Source of the DNA: Trichoplax adhaerens
Taxonomy: Eukaryota; Animalia; Placozoa
DNA: 64,000 nucleotides
Reading direction: 5' to 3'
Assembly: GCF_000150275.1 (NCBI RefSeq)
Contig: NW_002060951.1
Coordinates: 1,188,297-1,252,296, forward strand
The translations under genes were made by a program, and so were the position numbers. Each line of letters opens with the position of its first letter. The first letter of the stretch is position 1. Positions 28,931 to 39,335 of the stretch are shown one piece after another. The notes below the pieces were generated by a model that saw only the letters and a list, made by a program, of their open reading frames with translations, did not search any database and was not told where the DNA came from.

Positions 28931-31900
28931 GAAGTAAAGTTAGTTCGAAAATTTAAATATTGAGTAAACATCGTTTTAAGTTATAACCTTAATAAGGCAG
29001 TCTTAAAAAAATGGTGATAGATTTACCGTACTTCATGGTCGAAAAGAAGTCAATAGGAGAAATTACTGAATATATTTAAATTCGGAAAAGCATTGTAGTG
29101 TAATAATCTTTTAAGATATTCAAGATGAGATTCCACAGAGAAAGTAATTGTGTAATCATGAAGCAATCGTTCTGGCAGTAATTCTATCTCGGTTATCTTA
29201 CGATAGGTTATAATAAATACAAAACTGATGCGATATCAAAATTATCATCTTGAGAGCGGAAATCCTTACTTCACTAAATTGTAACTGGGGTAAGCCACTG
29301 ATATAATTACTATATATTATATATCGTAGGGTTAAGTTCTAATTGGAGCATACGAACTCGTATAGATGTTGTAGATTTTCTGTTGGAATAATTTTATTCT
29401 CGTACCGTGATTTGCTTTACCATCTACTAAATTTCCCTTAATAGAGAGGTAAATTTTGGACTCTATTTCTTCTAGCTGTCACTTTGAGATGTGTAGCTAT
29501 TCGGAAATGATAAAAGTATTAAAATGGTAGCAGATTGTCTACGCTACAATAGTACAGTTCCATCATGTAATCGTTTTTTATCAAGATGATCTTGTGTTTA
29601 CAAGTCTTTAATCATCTTTTTTTATTGCTAGTCTAATTCTAAATCGGTACATTCTATCGCGATTGGGCTCATTGGCTTAGTTAGATTTTGTACTCTTGGG
29701 TTTAATGAATAAACATCACATATCCAATTTCAGTTTCATTCAACTATCTATTTGTTATGTTATGGATATCATGACCTTAATCTATCCAAATAGTCAATAA
29801 AAGAATTAATTTCCTTTGTTTGATATTTCAATTTAATCAATTGAATAAGTAGAGCTAAAGTTAAAGACATAATGCGTAATTACTTTTTAAGTAGATACTA
29901 GAAACTGGAGTGACGGATACAAATTTTACATAGTTACTTCAGTAGTAAGTAACTAGGATCTAACAGAGTTGAGCAAAATTTACAATTCTAGCCTTAGAAA
30001 TTGAGACCAATACTGCAACGTATTAGTCCATCGCCACATCATGCTGGAATTAAAAATAAAGACCACTAATTTATATATCGGATTGAAACAACAAGAATAA
30101 ATTGATATTACTAATAAACTTCAGAGGTATGTACGTGTACCGTATGTTTCAATTCCACTTTTCTACTTGATATCTGAGAATAGTTTAAATAAAAAAACGA
30201 TAAATGATCGTTCTGGTCTTTAATTTCACAAATTTTATAATGCTGCCAGCCGGTCATTTATTACCGTCGTTTATTCCTTTTTACATTTTAGAGATTACTT
30301 TAGTAACAATTCATTCACCTAAGATAGACAAGAGGTTTTATCTATCTTGCCTAAAGCATCAGTAAATAATGCGATCAAAATAATTTATTGCAGAGTATCT
30401 TTCGACAATAATTGTTCTACATCGTACTGATAAATTATCTTTCGTCAAGTTGTCATTAGTCATAAACCATTTATGTTTTGTTGCAAGAAAAACTATAATT
30501 CAGGTAGTAGAATCGATATATTCCGTTATATTTAGTCAAATACAGGGGCATAGTCAGTATTATTTATCCGATATCATAGTTGAAGTAATTCGATTAAAGA
30601 GTGAAGGTAGTTAATATTTATTTTTCTCGAGTTTATTTTTTAGATTAATCAATATGGATAGTTAAGTAAATTAATAAATTGTTGCAAGTCGTGATACTAT
30701 GATCCGGGAATTTAAAAGTAAAACTGTTACTGCAGAATCAATTGTAAAAGCTTAAGTCAATGTGAATATACCGTACAGATTCCTGCCTAATAATAAATTA
30801 TAATTAAACTTCATTGAAATTAGCTGTCTTTAGTACCTCATTAATCTACAATACAACTTACCAGCATAGCAAAAGCTATAAACTTATTCTAGAGTTTCAA
30901 AGGATGAAAATGACGGAGATATTAGAATGAGAGATAGATCCGTAGATCACAAAGAAAATAGAGAGCGTAATCATAAAAGTATTAATACAGTACTAAAAGT
31001 GATCATGATAATCTCCGTGGACATAATAAATCTAATCTCTATCGTTATTCCAGAAATTATGAAAGTTGGAGTAAATGGCAACCATTCCTAGATATCCAAA
31101 ATTCTTAAAGGCTGCGACAGATCCGATCTAGGAGTGTACTTGCTATTACATTTGAACTGAAATACCATTGTACTACAGATGGCACTGCCAGTCTAGGGTA
31201 ACAAAGTTAATTATGGCAATTTTTAAACCGGTAATTTCACACATTATTGATGATGTTTAGCGCTACACAAGTAAATATGATACTTAAAATATAAACTTAT
31301 TGTGCCATTATTACAAAATAAACGAAATTATGCACTATGCAAAAGAAACTATGAACGATTATGTCTCCGTAATAATTCGAAATAGAAGAATACAGTATAT
31401 AATGGGAATATTTAAATAACAGCACCTGTCTATTATGTAGCACATACCGTACTATACTCTCATACAGGTAAATCATGAAATACAAATCAATTATTTATTA
31501 TAATCGTAAATATTGATTACCATCGCTCTATGTTGTGAAAAATTCCCTTCATCTAATTATATATTATCATTATAAGTTATTTGATCAAAGGGTGTTCGTA
31601 TCATTATATTGCTAAAGTCTCTTCGTGTAATAAACAAAAAAATGGGTATCCTCATACGTTTATTGCTTATATTATTAATGTGGTTTATTGCTGTTGCTAA
31701 ACATTTTAATCTTGTTGATAGGCTCGTATATACATATCAATTTTACTACGAAATACGTTTAATAATAGGTGTTATATGATTAGTTAGAAACACTATATAT
31801 TTACCTACAGTATATGATAATTGTATGGTAGTACTTGTAATACTGTAGGTGATAACGTTGTAAAAGGCGGACTGATAATTTACTAATTATAGTGCGAAGT

Positions 31901-33825
31901 ATAAATTGTAATCGTATTGAGGCACAACCTCATATAGCTATAAATACCGATCGTTAATAATAAATTGCAGTTACAAATCTTATTTACGGAGTGAACTCAT
32001 TGCTATAATATAACAATAGGGGTGATATTTGCAGAATATAAGCAATATACAATCCAATAAGTGACCCACTGTGTAATATAATGAGCTTTCGCAATAGTTG
32101 AAGATATTCTAATTTAACAGACCACACGACAGTAATCCATACCACTCAATATTTGCAGCCATAATCAGGCATTATGATCTCGTAAAGCTGAACTATAGTG
32201 TTTTTATATTTTAACATTATATATACGTTTAATGTATTAAGCATCATACTACCGCAATGTAATATGCACATAATTATTTAAAACTGCTTTATATATAACG
32301 ATCTTGTGCAAGATAATCCTCACATGAAGTTATCTGTAATAATACACTCGCGTAAATTAGCACGGATAAAACTCATGGAGGACTCCTTAAGTGTAAAATG
32401 AGGTAAAGTTGGCACCAAATTGAGATAGTATTATATAATAGCAAGGTTTAAAATATCGAATAAGACAATATTAATGTAGCGCAGTGGTATAGTAAATCTA
32501 CCCAAAGTATTAAAAATGAGATTTCGCTTGATTTTTCTATGTATTAGGAATACAAGTTATTTACAGGAAATGAAAGTCTTTAGAGAAGTTAATTCACTAT
32601 TTATACATTGATTTCTGTACTGCAAAACAATATAATAAAGCATTAAATCATTTATTTGAATGCAGATTATATCTGATATTAAAATTTAAAAAATTTTGAT
32701 GAGTTCTAAATGACGGTGAATTTACGTATAAACCGTCAATGGAGCAACTTTCATGTTGTCATTGTCATTTGCTATATTAGCATACTGTAATTTGAGTAAT
32801 GAAACGGATCACAACGGTGCAATCTTGTACGAAATTATTTAAAATCTTTGTAATAGCACGGCCAATAAATTATTAGACCGTAAATGCTATTGCAATCTTT
32901 CATTTTTAAATCAGGCAACGACCAATCTTTATTATAACATCACTGCAATTTTCGTGTAAAAAGTTTTTCATGTACTGACCTTGAGCTATAATTTCTTATT
33001 TCTAAAAGTAAAGCCATCTCGCTAAAGTAATCAGTACAACAATTATTTAAGGTATCGGGATCGATTGTAATAAATATTCCATCTTTTTTTCAGGAGGTTA
33101 TATCGTTCGTTTACAATGATCAGCTAACGTGATAAATAATCAACACGAGCAGGAAATTAACAGATATAAATAGTTCCTAACAATTCTAAATAGATACTTT
33201 AATTTCATGGTATTTAGTTAAATACCGCTAACTATCGATAAAGTTATTTACTACGTCATAGTGTTCTAGCAACGATGAAGCAAGCTTGATTGATTCTACA
33301 CCATAGCACGATAGAATGTGATAGATGAACATAACAAATTAAATTTTATCTAAATTTAGCTACTATACAGGTTAAGATTGAGATGAGATTTATATCAATA
33401 ATCATACGAGTAAGTACACATTGTCTTAACCGGATCAATATGCAAGCTTCAATAGATATTTATTATTTCTTATTCGTATTTAATCCTTTTAATGCAGAAT
33501 TCGTAAAAAGTTAACGGAGACTATCAGATTAAGTACAGGCTTGGATAAGCATTTGAGTCTATAACATATTAATAATTGATCAATCAATACAGTATTTATA
33601 GATGTACCTAAGGTATATATTCTGTTGGATCTAACTATATGCAGATAATTCCTCTGGCATTAACATCTATTGCGATTGTAATAAGTATAGATATAAGGTA
33701 TATTATCTCGTAAGTAGGCTTACACTAAATTTACTATTTATTTCAGTTTAATTGATAATATGCAATTTTAACGTGCTGTTGATAAACATCATTTTGGTAA
33801 TTTTTTATATTTTTGATATTGCAGG

Positions 33826-34233
33826 ATGTCTAATTTTACTTGCTTGGTGGTTATTTTAGCTGCAATGTTGGCTATTTGCTATGGTCGGCCAAGTTTTCTG
33901 GATAACGATCAAGATTTTAATTTACTAAAAAAAATTAGTCAAGAAAGAACTATTCTGTCACTTCGTAATCGTCAACGGAAGATATTGCTGGCATTTAATG
34001 CTTTAAAAAGCTTATATCCGAAGAAAGCTATGCATCTTTTTAGTAAATATAGAAAACATAGAGCTCTTAGCCGATCTGAACGTCGCCATAATACAGAAAT
34101 TAGTAGGTTGAATGATCGTCAAAACGATTATGGACAACATGACGGTCGTGCAGAGGAACTTCGTTATGAAGATCTCAGAAGATTAAGTGATCTTAAAAGA
34201 CGCTGGGTTAAATTCTATCGTCGAAATCACTAA
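33826..34233 (+). CDS. Orphan secreted, highly basic peptide precursor (135 aa)
   Basis: Acceptor TTGCAG|G directly before the ATG. Signal peptide MSNFTCLVVILAAMLAICYG, many KK/RK/RR/KRR sites, C-terminus KRRWVKFYRRNH*. Candidate TATAAATA at 33165. Confidence 0.75.
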   Translation: MSNFTCLVVILAAMLAICYGRPSFLDNDQDFNLLKKISQERTILSLRNRQRKILLAFNALKSLYPKKAMHLFSKYRKHRALSRSERRHNTEISRLNDRQNDYGQHDGRAEELRYEDLRRLSDLKRRWVKFYRRNH

Positions 34234-37200
34234 AAAATAGGAGGATAATTTATGATAGATCGGTTTAATACAGATTGAATTTTACAAATTGGGCAAGAAT
34301 GTCATACTTAGCACTATGGGCATTAGTGGTAGTAATAGGTCGTTAACTCGTGCTAGGTAATATTGCCCATCTGTAGTATTTCCCCCTTTGATCTGCAGGA
34401 TGTAGCTATCTTTGAATTAGTTTTGAAATAGATTTTAAATCTATTTTCAGTAGTTTCTGTAAATTAAGGTTGTAACCGAGTAAATCTAGATTCTAAGAGA
34501 AGTTGTTCTTCATATCAATTCTAGACTGTGATTTAGCCGATTTGGTGATTCTTTTTGTTGGTATTTAGTAGCATTACACAACGTTCTGTTTTCTAGCCAT
34601 TACTCTCAATGTAATGAGTAATATGATGTAATTCTTAGCATCATTAATGATACTATGAAGGAAGACACTAATTCTATCGTCTTTATGTATTAAATATATA
34701 TCGTGATCTTATTCTATGTGTGCATCGTAAAAGGAAACTAGCAGAAAAATTTTACATAGTATGTGTCTGTTCTTAATCTCTGACGTAAAAAGGATACCAA
34801 ATGTATTAATCATTCTCTAACTAAGTTCTGTAATAAAATAAAATAGATCGATACTTAATGGTAGATTGTTACTAATAATGTATCTACTGGTCAATCTTAA
34901 ATAAATTAAGACATTACGACCTTTTTTAGTATCCAGCCTTTCTTAATGCTATTTCTACTTGATCGATGAGTAGAGTTATTTCTGATATGAAAATCCACCC
35001 AACACTGGCAATAGTCGGATAAGTCATGAGAAAGATTAGAAAATTGTGCTAAATGGACAAGATCAATAGAGTTGGAAAGCAATCTATAGGACGCTTGGAA
35101 CTATAACTATTAGAACGCAAAGTACTATTAAGATACTATTTGGTTTAAGTTATTTAGTTGCTGTTTATTACTGCAACTTCAATTATATAATTGTTTTTCA
35201 ATAATGTCCAATACCGTACACCTATCGCTACAATAGAAGATGATTTTATACCTGTATATTGATTTTATTCATGAGTTCAATATACACTTTAACTTAATGA
35301 TGCATAACGATTAAACTTGAAAAAAGAGTCCTCTCACTATTTAGATGCTAAAATGCTCTCTACCATTCTTGATATATTGATACGCTACCTGTAGTTCTAT
35401 TCTTTAGTATTTCATTATTAAGTAATACGATTTATCGTTCACGTTTATTGAATTAGGAAATTGTGGAAATAATTCACTTATATGCGTAATAATTGCTGGC
35501 GAAGAGACTCAATAACGTTAAATACTATAATACTATTACAGTATTTCAAATGAGGAGTTCCTAATATAAGTGGCTATTACCATTTAACGAGCTAGTCGCC
35601 TAAGAAATAAACTAAACTACAAAGATTATGAACTATTCTTGATAATATATATGCAATTGGCTCCATATTTGTGCTATAATTCGATACCGTAATGAAGAAT
35701 TTGCGATCTTACGGACAGCATAGAATCAATTTTATTCACCTCATTTACTTACAGTATATCAAAAATGATGTTTCTAATCTGCTAGCTCTATTATTTTAGG
35801 GCAATTGTTCACTTAAATCTCATTAAAATTTACACCTGCCTATCTTAATATTGAATAAGCTTTATTGTGACTACAAAAATTTAATTAGTATTGGATTTAA
35901 TTTGCTAAAGTAGAGATAGCTAAAGTTTTTCGTGAAGGAAATATAATAAAATTCAATATTTACTTGAGTTAACTCCAGTAACATTAATATGACTGTATCA
36001 ATATACTAGACCCTACTTTAATATAATTCTTAGTTTGAGAAATTATATTCTTTCACACCATGGTGAAAATTTATACAGAATGACGTCGGATACAGGAAAT
36101 ATTTTATTTTTGAGCTAGGAAAGCTAATAAACTATCCCTACATATTTTGGTGGTAGTACGATCTAAAGTACTTGCATGATGAATAATATTTCATTTAAAA
36201 ACGAAAATTTGGTCTAGGAAATCTAAGAATGTTGCGGTATATTGTAGTGTCTCGCTATTTTTCCGCTTTAATATTGCAAAATTATTATTTTATTTATATA
36301 TTGTTTTCATTTGTTACCTTAAAATGTTTTTTGGTATTGATTATAAAGCTTATATTTTGCTCCTTAATAATTTAGCGGTTGCGGTCTAGGGTATTGCCTT
36401 GGCTGATTGCTATTATTAAATTTAATTAAATGAAATTTAAGCATACAATAGTGTCGCGGTTATTATTTTACACTATTGTTGCCAAATTATCGTTCTATTG
36501 ATGCAATATTTCTTGTGATTTCTTCGTTATAAAAAGAGATTTTGGCTTTGGGCTATCAAGGGCGTAAAAGCTACTTTGAGCTCTTTTGATGGCGGTATAG
36601 TTTTCGATGTTGCCATGTAGGATAGATATTATTATTTATTAGGTAAGGAGAATATTTTAATGAAAATTAAAGCATGTCATAGCATAACTGTCTTCATTTT
36701 AAGCCTTAACATTATTGTAAAATTATCATCAACTTCTACGCTATACTTTTAGTTGCGTAGTCTTAAAAGCTATTACAATAAACTTGTCGCGATATTGTTT
36801 TAGTTAGGAAAAGAGTATACGTTTATCAGTACGTAATTTTATTGTAGCTTAGTTGATGGTAATGTTTAATATTTCTTTGGAAGGGTAAAGATAAACAAAG
36901 TAAGAGACGGCTCTAATTTTTAAAGCCTAGCTAAATAATTATATAACAATTTAATAATACTTTTGTATAGAGGTAAAATTGAACAATGCTAAAATTACAC
37001 ATGGTATATAAGGCATCAAGAAGCTCTCTCAGGCTATTGAGAAATTAATGATCTTTAACAAATAATGGTTCAATTTTGAGGTGATCACATAATAAATCTT
37101 TCACTCGATCGATATCTATAAGAGAATATCGAGAATAAATCATTAAAACAATTTGTTATTTATTGTTAAATTATTACCAAATCAATCATTTATGAAAAAT

Positions 37201-37816
37201 CTGTATTAATGAATATTAATATGTCCACGAATACTTCTCATATGTATTATCTTCTCCATTCTATACTGGTTAAGAATTACAAAAGGTAACGATATGAGTC
37301 TTGGAAAATATTCTCATTAATGACATTATAGAACTAGAATGGATACTTTTATTGCTATCCCAAATTTTGATCAAGGGATTGATCATGAGGAAAGCCAATG
37401 AATTTTTTACACATAAAATGCCTCAAAATAATTTACTCGATAGTAGATTTAGTAATGAATTTAATTTTTCAATGGTATTTATAACTGCTTCTAGACTTAC
37501 CGATTGTTAAATGACAAATAAATCATGCAAAATAAATTAACTCTGATGTACAGAATAAGATGCTTTCAATCATTCTACATGTTGATGATTTATGTTCAGA
37601 AATTTCTTTGGCAACTTTGTTCAATATTTTTTGACCTTATTCTTACCTGCCCTAATACTTGCTTAATAGAATGAGCTACTAGTATTGCTGTACTGTATGT
37701 ATTAAAGTTCAAGCAATCTGATCCTATTGATGCTATTTAATTGCTGATTGATGATTGTTTGCAATTTTTTTCTCACGTTCCTTTAATACTCAGATGGCAA
37801 ATTCCCATTTAAAGTT

Positions 37817-38030
37817 TATAAATACCAGAACAAACTATCTTGAAGTTGACATTCTTCTTAGAAATTATTCCCCTCTATCGGATATAATCTCATACCAGTT
37901 AATATAGGAGGTAACTTTTAGAAATGGTGATAAAATTTCTGAATTCCTTAATTGATATTATTTAATTAACATACTGTACAAAATTATGAAAAGATAGTTA
38001 ATAGTAATTCTCGTTTCATATTCATGTTAG
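37817..38030 (+). promoter_or_regulatory. TATA box, non-coding first exon and 120-bp 5'UTR intron of the 38032 gene
   Basis: TATAAATA at 37817-37824; donor GAG|GTAACT at 37910/37911; acceptor TTAG ending at 38030, then G-ATG. Confidence 0.6.
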
Positions 38031-38031
38031 G

Positions 38032-38943
38032 ATGACAAATACCGGACAAATTTCACTTCTATCGATCATATTATTATGTGTCGCTTGCAAAGTAGGATCC
38101 AATATGCTTGATACAGTTGAGCAGGATATAGACGACATGACGGAGAATATAATATCACAGCTTCGTCTTCTTTCCAAGCTTCAAGAAGGCATTGCTGTTA
38201 ATAGGAATAGCAATAGACAAAGAGCCGTAAAATCTGATCAAATATCTACAGACCAGGATATCAATATGATAGATGAATTACTCGATCTTCAATATTACAT
38301 GAACAAACGTAAATCGGACCAAAAGGAGCTACCTATGTCAAGATTGCACATACTACAAGAGCTTATAAGTAAACTTGAGCTTGGTGCGCGGGTTCGTCAT
38401 GATTCTAAACGAAGATCATCCGTCCCATGCGAGTATGTTCAAAATAATAAAGGGCGCGAAGGAGTTCGGAGAGCTAATTCCAAACGAAAACCAATCGTTC
38501 CACGCAAATTTGTTCAGCACGATAAAGAATACGAAATATTTCGTAGTTTTAAACAGAAGTCACCCATTCCAGTTAAATCTAAATTGCTTGATGACCCTAA
38601 AGAACCCAAAGGAGTTAATAAAGAAGGTGGACCATCGAAGCCACTTCCGATTTCTAAAAAACTGATTCAAAATAAATTTACTGCTGATAGTGAAGAATAT
38701 AAAAGAGTTCGTAAAGAAGGTGGAAGTAAGCAAACTCCCCTGACTTTAAATAAATTAATTGAAGACCAGGAAGAACCCGAAAGAATTCGTAAAGAAAGTA
38801 GATCTGCGAAACTACTACCTGTATCAAATAAATTAATGGAGGACCCCGAAGAACCCAAAAGAATTCGTAAAGATAGTAGAACTACTCTACGAATTTCGAG
38901 TAAATTGATTGAAGATGATGGGAGTGTATGGAAGAGCAAGTAG
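38032..38943 (+). CDS. Orphan secreted protein/precursor (303 aa) with C-terminal basic tandem repeats of about 27-33 aa
   Basis: Signal peptide MTNTGQISLLSIILLCVACKVGS, acidic pro-region, KRK/KRR/RR/KR sites. Repeats such as EPKGVNKEGGPSKPLPISKKL, EPERIRKESRSAKLLPVSNKL and EPKRIRKDSRTTLRISSKL. Confidence 0.75.
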   Translation: MTNTGQISLLSIILLCVACKVGSNMLDTVEQDIDDMTENIISQLRLLSKLQEGIAVNRNSNRQRAVKSDQISTDQDINMIDELLDLQYYMNKRKSDQKELPMSRLHILQELISKLELGARVRHDSKRRSSVPCEYVQNNKGREGVRRANSKRKPIVPRKFVQHDKEYEIFRSFKQKSPIPVKSKLLDDPKEPKGVNKEGGPSKPLPISKKLIQNKFTADSEEYKRVRKEGGSKQTPLTLNKLIEDQEEPERIRKESRSAKLLPVSNKLMEDPEEPKRIRKDSRTTLRISSKLIEDDGSVWKSK

Positions 38944-39335
38944 ATCTACCGGGGGTAAGAAAGAGCCTCCGACCTCGAATAGATTGGCTTTAGATAGTAA
39001 ATATGGGAGAGCTCGTAGAGAAACTGGAGGTAAGTAAACGCTCCCGGTTTCAAATAAATTAACGGAGGACTCTAAAGAACCCTAAAGAGTTCGTAAACAA
39101 AGTAGATCTGCGAAACTACTACACCCTATTTTAAATAAATTGGGTCAAGATAACAAGGTGTATGGAAGAGCACTTCGATCTGCTGGGAGTAAGCAAATGC
39201 CACGATCGCCCAGAAATCAATATACTCTTGATAATAAGGAATATAAAAGATTTCGTAGAGAATATGATAGTTAGCTACCACCGCCGGTTTCTTATTAATT
39301 AAAGACCCCAAAGAGCGCAAAAAAGTTGGTAAATG
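38924..39335 (+). pseudogene. Fossil continuation of the 38032 repeat array in the +1 frame
   Basis: After the GGG run at 38920-38922 the +1 frame reads VYGRASRSTGGKKEPPTSNRLALDSKYGRARRETGGK*TLPVSNKLTEDSKEP*RVRKQSRSAKLLHPILNKLGQDNKVYGRALRSAGSKQ...DNKEYKRFRREYDS*, with stops at 39035, 39083 and 39272. Confidence 0.75.

Noticed and set aside
36390-36750. Faint duplication with a period of about 220 bp (TTGCC...TATTATT...AATGAAA-TT-AAGCAT)
   Set aside because: Too diverged and AT-rich to support without an alignment statistic.
38375-38939. Overlapping alternate-frame and antisense ORFs within the 38032 gene (likewise 22533..22724)
   Set aside because: Shadow ORFs of the real coding frame.
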